From: an uncultured delta proteobacterium
GTDB taxonomy: Bacteria; Desulfobacterota; Desulfomonilia; UBA1062
Direction of reading: 5' to 3'
NCBI GenBank assembly: GCA_963752595.1
Contig: CAVVYZ010000005.1
Location: forward strand, 256,001-320,000
DNA length: 64,000 nucleotides
Part shown: positions 39,701-50,947 of the stretch, piece after piece
Layout: every line of letters starts with the position of its first letter
Position numbering within the stretch: the first letter of the stretch is position 1
Program-made: the position numbers and the translations under genes
The notes under the pieces: model-generated
Seen by the model: the letters and a program-made list of their open reading frames with translations, nothing else
Told to the model about the DNA's origin: nothing
Databases searched by the model: none

Positions 39701-42496
39701 GTGAGCGGAAAGATACCTCGGAAGAAAAGCGGCCCGGTTAAGCAGGGTGTTGCCGGGCCGATAACAGGATCACAGATACAGCTGCCCCAGCTCATCGACT
39801 TTCTCCCGGACCCCACCTTTGCCGTTGACCGAATGGGGTCGGTTATCGCCTGGAACAAGGCTATGGAAACACTGACCGGTGTCAACGCAACCCGTATGCT
39901 GGGGAAGAAAAATCCGGTTTACTCGAAGATCTTCTACGGTACGGTACGCCCTATGCTCGTCGATCTCATCCTCCACGGAGACAAAGAAGCCGAGGAAAGA
40001 TATGCCGATATCGAGCGAAGCGGTGATGTCCTCCTTGCCAAGGTGGATCTCGAATCACCCGGCCGGGCTTTAAACCTCTGGGCCAATGCAAGCCCCATCT
40101 ACGATACAGCGGGTGCCGTGGTCGGAGCCATCGAATCCATACGGGACATTACGGAAAAGAAACGCATCGAAGGGGATCTGCACCGGAGCGAAGAGATATA
40201 CCGGGTCATCTTTGAAAATACCGGCTCATCGACCGTGATCATCGAAGAAGACACAACCATCTCCATAGTGAATTCCGAGTTCGAGAAACTCTCGGGCTAC
40301 AATCGCTTGGAGATCGAAGGGATCATGAGCTGGCAGTCCTTTGTAGTGGAGGAAGACCTCAAGCGCATGGCCGCCCGGCACCGGAAGAGGAGAAAAGATA
40401 AAAACAAGGCCCTGAAAAACTACCAATTCCGTTTCCGGGACAGATTCGGGGTGATCAAGGATGTTTCCCTGACCGTTGACATGCTCTCCGGGACACGGAA
40501 GTCCGTTGCCTCACTGCTCGATATAACCGAGAGAAAGGGTGGGAGAAGACCTGAAGGCAAGCGAAGCAAAATACCGTGATATCTTTGAAAATGTATCCGA
40601 CTTCCTCTATTTTCACGGTCCGGATGGCAGGTTTATCGAGTCTAACATGTCCCTCAAAGGGGAATACGGGTATTCACGAGAGGATATCCAGACGATGACC
40701 ATCAGAGATCTCCTGCCTGATCGCTTCAAACCTTTGTTCAAGGATTATCTTGAGCGCGTGCTTTCCCATGGGAAAGACGAGGGTGTCATGAGCATTCTGA
40801 CCAAGCAGGGCGAGCACCGCATCCTTGAGTACAAGAATGCACTGGTTCGCAACGAGCACGGCAACCCGTCATGTATTCGGGGATCTGCACGTGATATCAC
40901 CGAACGCATCAATACCGAGCGCGAGCTCCGGAAAAGTGAACAGCTCTACCGTCTGCTTGCGGAAAACATCCGTGACGTCATCTGGGTACTGGACCTGAAC
41001 CTGAAGTATGAATATATCAGCCCTTCAGTAGAGAGACTCAGGGGATATACGGGCGAGGAGACTATGGCTCAGACGCTCCAGGATATCCTCACGCCGGAGT
41101 CATTTGCGATAGCAGCGAAAGCCCTCGCCGAGGAACTTGCTCAGGAGATGGCAGGCAGGAGGCACGATCCGTACTGGTCCAGGATTCTCGAGCTTGAAAT
41201 GGTCCGTAAAGACAAGTCGCCCATCTGGACAGAAGTGACTGCAAGTTTTTTGCGTGACAAAGAAGGGAATCCTAAGCATTTCCTCGGAATCACCCATGAC
41301 ATCACAGAGCGGAAAAAGGCCGAGGAAGAAAGGCAGATCTATGAAGCACGGCTCATGCGCGCTCAGAAGCTGGAGGCCATCGGCACGCTCGCCGGCGGGA
41401 TCGCCCATGACTTCAACAATATCCTATCCGCCATCATCGGCTACGGCGAGCTTGCACTCGACGACATCCCTGATGGGAACCCGGCACTCGGGAGCCTCCA
41501 AGAGGTGCTCAAGGCAGGAGACCGGGCAAAGGACCTCGTGAGCCAGATACTTACCTTCAGCAGGCAGGTCCAGGCTGAAAAAAAGATCGTCAAGATGGGC
41601 ATCATCGTGAAAGAGGCAATGAAACTGCTCAGGTCTTCAATACCGAGCACCATCAGCATTGTCCAGAATATCGACTGGGAAGCCCCTGCGGTATTCGCAG
41701 ACCCCACCCAGATCCACCAGGTGATCATGAACCTGTGCACGAATGCTTATCAGGCCATGATGGACAAAGGAGGGGTCATGACGGTAAGCTTGAGCAAGGT
41801 CGCGGCCGACGAGGCATTCGCTGCGAGTCATCCCCCTCTGAAGCCCGGCACCTGTTTAAAATTCACGGTAAGCGATACCGGATGCGGCATGGATCCCGGG
41901 ATCATAAGCCGGATCTTTGAGCCCTTCTTTACCACAAAGGAAAAAATCAGGGGTACGGGACTCGGTCTTGCCACCGTCCATGGGATCGTTACCGGACTCT
42001 CGGGGACCATCGTTCCGGAAAGCCTGCTCGGGTACGGCAGCACCTTCGATATCTACCTTCCCGGATTCGAGGGAGAAACACAGGAGAAAGCATCCCCCAA
42101 TGAAAATATCCCCAGGGGAAACGGGGAAAGGGTCCTGATTGTCGATGACGAAAGTGCTATTCTCGAGTTCGGGAAAACAATGCTGGAAGGGATGGGATAT
42201 ATGGTAAACACTACCTCTTCAAGCAACTCTGCCCTCGAGCTCTTCAAAAACGACCGTCTGCCTTCGATCTCGTCCTCACGGATCAGACCATGCCGGGGCT
42301 CACCGGAATCCAATTGGCGAAGAGGATCCTGGAAATCCAAAAAGATATTCCCATCATCCTGGTCACCGGCTACAGCGAGACGGTCTCACCCGAGACAGCT
42401 CTGCGACAGGGCATCAGGATATACCTGGAAAAACCCTTCACCAGGAAAGCCCTTGCAACAGCTATTCATCAGGCACTTCACACGCCGCCGGACTGA
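39701..42496 (+). CDS. Multi-PAS hybrid sensor histidine kinase (frameshifts near 40540 and 42258)
   Basis: Four PAS domains, AGGIAHDFNN and HATPase motifs, then a receiver (VLIVDDE ... DLVLTDQTMPG ... EKPF) reconstructed across ORFs 39644, 40539 and 42290. Confidence 0.85.
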
Positions 42497-42911
42497 TACC
42501 TTGGCTGGTGCGGTAAAATTGCCCGCCCAATACACTTGAAAATTCTCCATTCGGACACTATATACTTTCAGCACTTTCGGTTCTCTTTCCTTTCGATGGA
42601 GGCATACACGATCAGTGCAGACCAAAGAAATCTCTCTTAAAGGAAGACCTCTTCATGTCCTTTAAGACACATGCTCCGGAGAGGGCAACGGATGGATAGG
42701 ACATTGCAGCATAGGTCATCGAATATATGCTTCTCTTGCCATGCACCGGCAGTACTGCCTGTGAGGGTCGAGATGAATCGCCCCCGGCAGATCAAACCCA
42801 CCCATCACCACAATGACCTGACTACATTTTCCTTGATCACCCCGCAGCACTTTCCCCGAAGCTCTCGATCACGTATCTCAAGAATACAGAAACAGAGAAG
42901 GAGGATAGCCG

Positions 42912-43430
42912 ATGGCAAATAAATCCTTTCCCGTCAAATCCGATGACGACCCATCCCTGCCCCAAGGCAAGGGTGAAGTTGCCGATTCATTCGATCCTTT
43001 GCAAACGGCTATGAGCCGGTTCATCGATGATTTCTTCACGAGCTTTGACTTGCATCCGTTAAGCGTTTTTGAGGACACGGACAGATTCATCCCCAAGGTC
43101 TCTATCAAGCACGATAAAAAATCCATTACCGTAACTGCAGAGCTTCGCGGACTGCAGGCCGATGATATCGAAATCATCCTCAAATGGGATTCCCTCATCA
43201 TTACAGGCGGGAAAACGAAGGGGAAAGAGCCCAGGACGATCGATTTCATCCAGGGGGAGCCTCATGCAGGGTGTTTCCGGAAGATGATACCTATCCCTTT
43301 TTGCATCGAGTCGAAAGACGTACGAGCGACATTCACCAACGGGGTTCTGCAGATTACGCTGCCGAGGAGGACAGAAGACCATATGGCGAGGTTCCGCATA
43401 CCCATAAAGAAGTCCACGTCCGGCTCCTGA
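42912..43430 (+). CDS. Hsp20/alpha-crystallin small heat-shock protein
   Basis: AGGAGG RBS; PKVSI, VTAELRG, FRKMIPIP, ATFTNGVLQITLP, terminal IPI. Confidence 0.87.
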   Translation: MANKSFPVKSDDDPSLPQGKGEVADSFDPLQTAMSRFIDDFFTSFDLHPLSVFEDTDRFIPKVSIKHDKKSITVTAELRGLQADDIEIILKWDSLIITGGKTKGKEPRTIDFIQGEPHAGCFRKMIPIPFCIESKDVRATFTNGVLQITLPRRTEDHMARFRIPIKKSTSGS

Positions 43431-43488
43431 CGATGAGACGCTGGTCCGTTGCCCAGCCCGGGTGAGAAAAACGAATAGGGATGCCTCT

Positions 43489-43526
43489 CAAAAGGACCAT
43501 TCCTCTGAGGAGGAACCTCTTTTTTG
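43489..43526 (+). terminator. Probable intrinsic terminator after hsp20
   Basis: TTCCTC-TGAG-GAGGAA stem followed by a T6 run. Confidence 0.5.
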
Positions 43527-43555
43527 CATATCCCATGGCATCGGCGAGATTTATC

Positions 43556-43583
43556 TAAAATTTTCTTCTTCCGGGGCCGATAT
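43556..43583 (+). promoter_or_regulatory. Putative sigma28 promoter upstream of the sigma54 activator
   Basis: TAAA-N16-GCCGATAT (TAAAATTT...GCCGATAT), 100 nt upstream of the start codon. Confidence 0.45.
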
Positions 43584-43682
43584 ACGGTAAGAAGAGGCAG
43601 AGAGAGTATTACAGAGCCATGTAATCTGCCGTAATCCGTACATAAGGCATGGATGCGCTTCACATTGGAGGGGTGAGTTCAG

Positions 43683-45408
43683 GTGAAAGAGGCCAGGATC
43701 CTGATCATCGACGACGAAGAAGGTATCCGGAATACCTTCGGTGCATTCCTGGAGAAAGAGGGATATGCCGTTACAACCGCCCCGGATTACCAGGCAGCCG
43801 TTAATGCATTGGCAGCAAGCCCGGTTGACCTTGTGTACATGGATATCCTCCTCGGAGGTCCCCGTTCGGGCATCGAAATCCTCAAAGAGATGAAGGATCG
43901 AGGCTACCAATGCCCCGTGATCATGATCACCGGCGAGCCCAATATCGAAACCGCGGCAGCATCGGTGCGGCTGGGGGCCTTTGATTACATCCCAAAACCC
44001 ATCAAGCGGGAAGTCCTGGTCAGCACCACCAGGCATGCGCTCCGGCATAAGTCCCTCCTCGATGAAAAGCAGATCATCGAATCTCAGAAGGAGGAGTATC
44101 GCCTCCATCTCGAAGCCATTTTCAGAAGTGTTGAAGATGCCATTATCACCGTGGACACCGATTTGCGGATAACACAGGCGAATGAGGCCTTTGAAAAGAT
44201 ATGCGGCAGGAAGGCGCAGGATATCATCGGTGAACAGCCGGTGAAAATATGCAACAATTGCTGCAAGATGTGCTGCGAAGTTCTGAAAGAGTCTCTTGCT
44301 ACAAAACGCTCCATCCAGGAGTACCGGATCGAGTGCAAACGGTCCGACCGGTTCGAACAGGTCGTTGTGATCAGCATATCTCCCTTGAGAAACGCATCCG
44401 GCAGGCCTATCGGCGCAGTCATGGTCATGAGAGATATCACTCGCTTGTCCCACCTGGAGAAGCAGCTGCAGGACAGGCACCAGTTTCACAGTATCATCGG
44501 CAGGAGCCGGCAGATGCAGGGTATCTACGAACTCCTGGAAAATCTCAAAGACATCGACACCACGGTTCTTATTACCGGCCCCAGCGGCACCGGCAAAGAG
44601 CTCGTTGCCAAGGCAATCCATTTCAACGGGATGCGGGCGGCTCATCCCTTTGTTGTCGTGAACTGCTCCGCACTGGCTGAGAACCTCCTGGAGAGCGAGC
44701 TCTTCGGCCATGTGAAAGGGGCCTTTACCGGGGCGATCAAAGACAAGATCGGGCGATTCCACCTGGCGAATCACGGCACCATATTCCTCGACGAGATCGG
44801 GGATATCTCGCCGAAGACCCAGCTCAAACTGCTCCGGTTCCTTGAAAACAAGGAATTCGAAAGGGTCGGTGATTCAACGCCGATCAAGCTCGATGTGCAG
44901 GTAATCACGGCGACGAACAAGGACTTGAAGCACAAGGTCGAATCAGCTGAGTTCCGCGACGACCTCTACTACCGTCTCAAGGTCGTGGAGATAAAGCTTC
45001 CATCCCTTGCACAAAGGCGCGACGATATCCCTCCCCTGACGGGTCACTACGTAGAGGTGTTCAATAAGCGCTTCAACAAGCATATCATGGGGATATCCAA
45101 GGATGTAGAACGGATCTTCATGGAGTATCCCTGGCCCGGAAACATCAGGGAACTCATTCACACCCTCGAACATGCCTTCGTGGTCTGTAAAAATCACACC
45201 ATCGAGCCCGAGGACCTTCCTCCGGAATTCCGGGAACGCCTGATGCCCCAGAGCCCCTCACAAAAATCGGCATCATTGGAGAAAGACCGGATCATCCATG
45301 CTCTGAGCCAGACAGGATGGAACAAGGCAAAAAGCAGCCAGACTCCTTAAGGTGAGCCGTCAGACCATGTACCGCAAAATTGAGGAGTATGAGATACCTG
45401 TCCCTTGA
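43683..45408 (+). CDS. Sigma54-dependent activator, REC-PAS-AAA+-Fis HTH (frameshift in the A-run near 45330)
   Basis: IIDDE receiver, [40 protein letters not shown]; the [20 protein letters not shown] is in the shifted frame. Confidence 0.92.
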
Positions 45409-45417
45409 GAGATGATG

Positions 45418-45465
45418 TGTAACATGTGACGCTTGTGTCTCTGTAACATCCCTTTTCCTGTTACA
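45418..45465. promoter_or_regulatory. Putative enhancer (UAS) for a sigma54 activator
   Basis: TGTAACAT at 45418 and 45442, and TGTTACA at 45459 (TGTAACA-N10-TGTTACA), 100-150 bp upstream of a -24/-12 site. Confidence 0.55.
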
Positions 45466-45566
45466 TGTTCCAGCCCGTACTTACTCGCCGAGAAAACCTG
45501 TCAGATATTTCTTAACAACTTATTAATAATCATTATATCAGGCATCCTCCCCAGCTTCTTAATCAC

Positions 45567-45582
45567 TGGCACGGGATTTGAC
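45567..45582 (+). promoter_or_regulatory. Sigma54 (-24/-12) promoter
   Basis: TGGCACGGGATTTGAC against consensus TGGCAC-N5-TTGC; AT-rich spacer to the UAS; GGAGG RBS downstream. Confidence 0.6.
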
Positions 45583-45607
45583 ATCCTTGATAACCGGAGG
45601 GCGACAC

Positions 45608-46003
45608 ATGGTGAAACACCCAGGAAGAAAATTTGATGCCATGAGAAAAAAACCTGAAGTATTTCAGATCCGGACGGATACGATTTCCAGGTTCCTGGGT
45701 GAGGAAGATCATCCCCTTTTTATTGCAGCGCTACGGAAGGATGCGGATTACGCCAAAAATATCCGACAGCTGTCGGATGTGGCGGAAGAGTTCGAGAAAG
45801 AGGGCCTCATCGTATGTTATACCCTGGAAGACTTACTCCCCTATTTCACTATCCGCTTCGGTATTGGAGGCACTCCGACCTTTCTCATGATTGTCGGCGG
45901 AATAGTCCTCGGCACAATGCTCGGAAAGAATTCCAGTTCCTCACTCGTTCAATTTATCCGTGAGCATCTATGCGAATACAAAACCGGCGGAAAGACCGGT
46001 TAA
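45608..46003 (+). CDS. Thioredoxin-fold-like protein lacking CxxC
   Basis: GGAGG RBS; RFGIGGTPTFLMIVGG..LG matches the thioredoxin cis-Pro region; no CxxC. Confidence 0.55.
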   Translation: MVKHPGRKFDAMRKKPEVFQIRTDTISRFLGEEDHPLFIAALRKDADYAKNIRQLSDVAEEFEKEGLIVCYTLEDLLPYFTIRFGIGGTPTFLMIVGGIVLGTMLGKNSSSSLVQFIREHLCEYKTGGKTG

Positions 46004-46356
46004 ATGATCGTGAAAAAGCTCAAGAAATGAGGACCACAAGACCAAGTAACGGGTGAAGAAATAGATTGCGGATTTAAAATTCTGTTGATTATGGGGGAAG
46101 GGCATGGGAAACCTCGCGGTCTTTGGGTCCCCCCCGTTGGATCGTGAGAGACCATGCCCAACCCCCTTCCCCAAAAAACAAATCGAACCGGCTTTCACTG
46201 GAAATAAGGCCCGCAGCGTAACGCTAGTGTTTCCATAAAGATTCTCATGGGAAATCTCGATAGAGTGTCAATGTGCAGATAATGCAATGGCAAGTTTGGG
46301 AAGAGAGTGTGGAAAGAAGATTTCGTATCCAGATATAAAAAAAAGGGGGGGATATT

Positions 46357-48519
46357 ATGTTCCAGAATCTCAAGCTAGGACCAAAGGTTACCTTAATAGG
46401 CACGGCGATTCTCCTTGTTTCTCTGGCTACCGTGGGCATCGTTGCCGTAAACAAGGCTTCTCAAAGCCTTACGGCAATAGAAAACGAACAGCTCATGGGC
46501 ATAACCAAATCCATGGCCGAAGGGATCGATCATGTTCTGAAATCGGAAATGAAAACTGTACTGGACCTCTCAGTGAGCGGCCCCGTCATCCGGGCAGCCT
46601 CTGCAGTTGCGAAAAGCGGGGAGGTCAACGCCGGGAATGAAATTGAGCTCCTGAAAGGGCAGCTCACGAGGTTCAGCCAGACAGAAGGCCTGCAGGACAA
46701 TTCCCAGGTGGCATTTATCACGGATGGGGAGGGCAAGGTTTTCGCCGCCACACAGAAGGAATACCTTGGTGTCTCCTTCGCAGACAGGCAGTATTTCAAG
46801 GATGCCATAGCTGGCAAACCCAATATCGGCAAGGCCAACATCAACAAGGTGACCGGTGAGCCGTTCGTCCCTGTTGTCGCACCTGTTTATTCAGAGGGCA
46901 GAATCGTCGGGATGGTCGCAAACATCCTCGATATCGGATATATCAACACCCTCATCGCCGGAGCAAAGGTGGGCAAGACCGGGTATGCATTCATGATCGA
47001 TAACGAAGGCCTGTTTGTCGCTCACCCGAAAAAGGAGAATATCCTGAAGCTCAAATGTACGACCCTTGCCGGCATGGAAGAGATATCGAAAAAGATGAGC
47101 TCGGGCCAGTCAGGTGTTGAGCACTATGTTTTCAACAACGTTGCCAAGACCGGCGGATTCGCACCGGTGAAGACAACCGGCTGGAGCATCGGACTGTCAC
47201 TTCCCGACGAAGAATTCCTGGCGACTGCGAAAGAGGTGCGGAATCTCATCTTCGTAATCACAGCGATCTTTACCTTGATAGCCTGCACCGTCTTCTTCCT
47301 TTTCGCCAGGACCGTCACCAGGAGGTTGAAAACAGCCCAGGATGCGGCGGATGCCCTGGCACGATTCGATTTCAACCAGGTGATCACCGTGAGCGGCAAT
47401 GATGAGATCGGGCTCATGCTCGCTTCCATGAAGCGTATGATCGACAAGCTCAAAGAGGGATTCACAAAGGTCAAGGATGCAGCAAATGCGATTGCCGGAG
47501 GAAACCTGAATTACGCCATCGACCATACGGGAGACGATGAGATAAGCCTTATGCTCGCTTCCATGAAGCGCATGATCGACAAGCTGAAAGAAATCGTCCT
47601 GTCCGTCATCAACGCAAGCGAAAACGTTTCTTCAGGAGCCGAGGAGCTCAGTTCCACGGCCGAGCAGATGTCACAGGGTGCGAGCGAGCAGGCCTCCGCA
47701 GCGGAAGAAGCTTCTTCGTCCACGGAACAGATGGCATCCAATATCCGTCAGAATGCGGACAATGCCCAGCAGACAGAAAAGATAGCCGTCAAGTCCGCCC
47801 TGGATGCAACCGAAGGCGGCAAGGCAGTGGGAGAGACCGTGACGGCCATGAAAACCATTGCAGGCAAGATCGCCATTATCGAAGAGATTGCACGCCAGAC
47901 CGACCTCCTGGCATTGAACGCAGCCATAGAGGCTGCACGAGCGGGTGAAGCCGGAAAGGGCTTTGCGGTCGTAGCGGCGGCAGTGAGGAGGCTTGCTGAA
48001 AGATCTGCGGATGCAGCCGGAGAGATCAGCAGGCTTTCTGTATCGAGCGTGGAGGTAGCGGTAAAGGCAGGCGAGCTGCTCTCCCGGATCGTGCCCGATA
48101 TCCAGAAAACTGCGCAGCTCGTCCAGGAAATCACTGCAGCAAGCAATGAGCAGGATTCGGGGGCAGAACAGATCAATGGGGCAATCCAGCAGCTCAACCA
48201 GGTGGTTCAGCAGAATTCATCGGCTGCCGAAGAGATGTCCTCCACGGCAGAAGAACTCTCCTCACAGGCAGAGGAGCTCCAGAGCGCCATTGCTTTTTTC
48301 AAGGTTGACGATACGAGGAAAAGAAACGGCACACGTCTGCAGAGTACATATGCCGGGGGCGGTGCTCATCAGACCCATGTGGCGCGCATCAATGCCGGAA
48401 CCCCTGTTCACGGTTCAAAAAAGGAACCGGAATCGTCAAAACCTTCGGGGATAAATCTCGACATGGGGCCGGGTGAACTAATGGAGGACCGGAAGGATGA
48501 TGACTTTGAGCGTTATTGA
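46357..48519 (+). CDS. Methyl-accepting chemotaxis protein (dCache, two HAMPs, signalling domain)
   Basis: Two TM segments, RQYFKDA / [10 protein letters not shown] dCache, [31 protein letters not shown]-terminal DFERY pentapeptide. Confidence 0.96.
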   Translation: MFQNLKLGPKVTLIGTAILLVSLATVGIVAVNKASQSLTAIENEQLMGITKSMAEGIDHVLKSEMKTVLDLSVSGPVIRAASAVAKSGEVNAGNEIELLKGQLTRFSQTEGLQDNSQVAFITDGEGKVFAATQKEYLGVSFADRQYFKDAIAGKPNIGKANINKVTGEPFVPVVAPVYSEGRIVGMVANILDIGYINTLIAGAKVGKTGYAFMIDNEGLFVAHPKKENILKLKCTTLAGMEEISKKMSSGQSGVEHYVFNNVAKTGGFAPVKTTGWSIGLSLPDEEFLATAKEVRNLIFVITAIFTLIACTVFFLFARTVTRRLKTAQDAADALARFDFNQVITVSGNDEIGLMLASMKRMIDKLKEGFTKVKDAANAIAGGNLNYAIDHTGDDEISLMLASMKRMIDKLKEIVLSVINASENVSSGAEELSSTAEQMSQGASEQASAAEEASSSTEQMASNIRQNADNAQQTEKIAVKSALDATEGGKAVGETVTAMKTIAGKIAIIEEIARQTDLLALNAAIEAARAGEAGKGFAVVAAAVRRLAERSADAAGEISRLSVSSVEVAVKAGELLSRIVPDIQKTAQLVQEITAASNEQDSGAEQINGAIQQLNQVVQQNSSAAEEMSSTAEELSSQAEELQSAIAFFKVDDTRKRNGTRLQSTYAGGGAHQTHVARINAGTPVHGSKKEPESSKPSGINLDMGPGELMEDRKDDDFERY
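47401..47591 (+). repeat. 135-bp-period intragenic repeat (HAMP duplication)
   Basis: 47416-47456 and 47551-47591 match at 39 of 41 nt (ATGCTCGCTTCCATGAAGCG..ATCGACAAGCT). Confidence 0.85.
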
Positions 48520-48634
48520 TAGAGGGAGTATGGTGCAGGCTTTTTGCAACTGATGAGATTATAGGCATCCCGACAGATAAGTACGGATAAAGGTACACGG
48601 CTGTTAAATCGGCCATATAAAAAAGGAGAACGAG

Positions 48635-49174
48635 ATGAGTGTTATGGGAATAACCGAAGTGACGCAGTATCTCTCGTTTCACTTGGACGAGGAGGAGTTT
48701 GCGCTGGAGATATCCCGGGTGCGGGAAGTGCTCGATTTCACAAAGATCACCAAGGTGCCCCAATCGCCACCCTTCATGAGGGGCGTGATCAACTTGCGGG
48801 GTTCGGTGGTACCGGTGGTTGACCTCAAGCACAAGTTCGGCATCGGCGCAACCGAGAAGACCGTCCTTACCAGGATCATCATCTGCGAGATCAACATTGA
48901 CGAGGGGTTGGCCGTCATCGGTGCTCTGGCCGACTCCGTGCACGAGGTCATGGATATCGAACCGGAGAACATCGAGCCTGCCCCGAAGATAGGGACCAGG
49001 CTCAATATCGAGTTCCTGAAAGGCATGGGAAAACGCGATGAAGAGTTCATCATGATCCTCGACATCGATAAGGTCTTCTCCGCCGACGAACTCTCCCTGG
49101 CTTCCCAGGCCGGGCGCAACCCGCAAGACCCGGGAAGAGATGAACCGCACCGGGAAACAGCAACTCCAGCGTAA
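48635..49174 (+). CDS. cheW: Chemotaxis adaptor CheW
   Basis: QYLSF, FALEISRVREV, RGVINLRGSVVPVVDL, ADSVHEV. Confidence 0.96.
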   Translation: MSVMGITEVTQYLSFHLDEEEFALEISRVREVLDFTKITKVPQSPPFMRGVINLRGSVVPVVDLKHKFGIGATEKTVLTRIIICEINIDEGLAVIGALADSVHEVMDIEPENIEPAPKIGTRLNIEFLKGMGKRDEEFIMILDIDKVFSADELSLASQAGRNPQDPGRDEPHRETATPA

Positions 49175-49195
49175 GAAAAGCCCGACATATGCCTC

Positions 49196-49232
49196 AATCG
49201 GCTATCCTCTTGCATGCAAGGGGATAGCCGAT
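49196..49232. other. Near-perfect palindrome between cheW and cheR
   Basis: AATCGGCTATCC-TCTTGCATGCAAG-GGATAGCCGATT; no U-tract. Confidence 0.7.
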
Positions 49233-49537
49233 TCCATGTAGTACGAAAAGTCCGTGAATGACAAAGCCATACACCCGGGGAAAAGACCGGTCATAGAGTT
49301 TCATCCTTATATTCTTCTTTGTTTGTAAAGAATCCCGGCTGAAAATCCGATTTCTATGAAGAGGAAATCTTAGAAATTGAAACTGAACCGGGGGGGAGAT
49401 TCACGGGGGAGACGATCTTGAAAAAAGCTCATACTCCTTCTTATCTTCTTTCCTGTAATGGGGCTAATAATGAAGCGGAATGCACGGACAAAAAAACGAT
49501 GGCAGCTGTATGGAAGAATGAGCATAAAGACAACGGC

Positions 49538-50407
49538 ATGACTGCGAACAACCAGGAGAACCCAGCGGCTGTCAGAGCCGGAATGTCGAATGAGCTGTTC
49601 AAGCGCCTGAGCGAGTTTATTTATACGGAGTCGGGCATAAAAATGCCCTACTCCAAGAAGACCATGCTCGAAGCCAGGCTGCAGAAGCGGCTTCGCTCCA
49701 TGGGACTGAGCTCGTTTAACGAGTACTGCTCCTACCTGTTCAGCCCCGAAGGGATTGCCAACGAACTCGTGCACATGATCGATGTGGTCACCACGAACAA
49801 GACCGAGTTCTTCCGCGAACCCCAGCACTTCGAGTATCTCATCGAATACGTGCTGCCCGAGCTCATCGATAAAAAAGGCGCAGGCATCCGGAGGCCCTTG
49901 ATGGTCTGGTCGGCGGCATGCTCTTCCGGTGAAGAGCCCTACACGCTGGCCATGGTCCTTGACCAGTTCTCACGCAGGGCACGGGGTTTCTCCTACCAGG
50001 TGCTGGCGACCGATATCTCTACCAGGGTCATCGAAACAGCCCGGGAGGCCGTATACGATGATGAGAAGGTTGATCAGATTCCGCCGGAGTTCAGGCGCCA
50101 TTACCTGATGCGCAGCAAGGACAGGTCAAAGGGGCTGGTGAGGATCGTGCCCGAACTGAGGGCCCACGTGAGATTTCGCAGACTCAACTTCATGGCCTCG
50201 GATTTCGGGATGCGCGAGAAGATGGATGTAGTATTCTGCAGAAACGTGCTCATCTATTTCGACCGCCCGACCCAGGAAATAGTGATCAATCATATCTGCA
50301 GCCATCTGCATCCGGGCGGATACCTTTTCACCGGCCACTCGGAAACCATCAACGGCATGAACGTACCCTTGCAGCAGGTAGCCAACACGGTATCCCGGAG
50401 ACTCTAG
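49538..50407 (+). CDS. cheR: Chemotaxis methyltransferase CheR
   Basis: TTNKTEFFRE, WSAACSSGEEPYT, ATDIS, FCRNVLIYFD, GHSE; start uncertain (49499 or 49538). Confidence 0.95.
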   Translation: MTANNQENPAAVRAGMSNELFKRLSEFIYTESGIKMPYSKKTMLEARLQKRLRSMGLSSFNEYCSYLFSPEGIANELVHMIDVVTTNKTEFFREPQHFEYLIEYVLPELIDKKGAGIRRPLMVWSAACSSGEEPYTLAMVLDQFSRRARGFSYQVLATDISTRVIETAREAVYDDEKVDQIPPEFRRHYLMRSKDRSKGLVRIVPELRAHVRFRRLNFMASDFGMREKMDVVFCRNVLIYFDRPTQEIVINHICSHLHPGGYLFTGHSETINGMNVPLQQVANTVSRRL

Positions 50408-50947
50408 ATGAAAGGCAAACACGGATCCCATCTCAAGACTCTCTACCTGAAGCCCGGCGAGATTCACCTGACCCGTGAACCTTCACTGATCACCACGGTC
50501 TTGGGCTCCTGCATTTCCATCACCATGCACCATAAGGCGACAGGCTTCAGCGTCATATGCCATGCGGTCATGCCGAGCCGCTCGGAAGCGAGGAAAAAGG
50601 ACGATAACGGCATTGATATCTTCCAGTACGTGGACTCTTCCCTTGAATGGATGATTTCGCAATGCAGAAAAAACGGCATAAAACCAGAATCGGTCGAGGT
50701 CAAAATGTTCGGCGGGGCCGCGCAGTTCAATGAGGCCAAGACCCTCTGGAGAGACCTCGGGGTAGGCAAGAGAAATATCGAGGTGGCCATGGAGACGCTC
50801 AAGAAGAACACGGTGAAACTCACTGCATGGAATGTGGGAGGAAACCAGGGCCGCAAGCTCATATTCAACACGCTCACCGGAGAGGTGCTTGCCCGGTTCA
50901 TCAGCAGGACCGATGTATCCTTGATTGATTTAGGGGGGAGAAAATGA
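50408..50947 (+). CDS. cheD: Chemoreceptor glutamine deamidase CheD
   Basis: [36 protein letters not shown]. Confidence 0.93.
   Translation: MKGKHGSHLKTLYLKPGEIHLTREPSLITTVLGSCISITMHHKATGFSVICHAVMPSRSEARKKDDNGIDIFQYVDSSLEWMISQCRKNGIKPESVEVKMFGGAAQFNEAKTLWRDLGVGKRNIEVAMETLKKNTVKLTAWNVGGNQGRKLIFNTLTGEVLARFISRTDVSLIDLGGRK

Noticed and set aside
42535-42570. Sigma32 promoter or CIRCE for hsp20 (CTTGAAA at about 42535)
   Set aside because: There is no CCCCAT -10 element at the proper spacing, no CIRCE repeat, and the site is far from the start codon.
45320-45350. Programmed frameshift or phase variation removing the activator HTH
   Set aside because: The A5 run is short, and similar single indels occur across the window, so sequencing error is more parsimonious.
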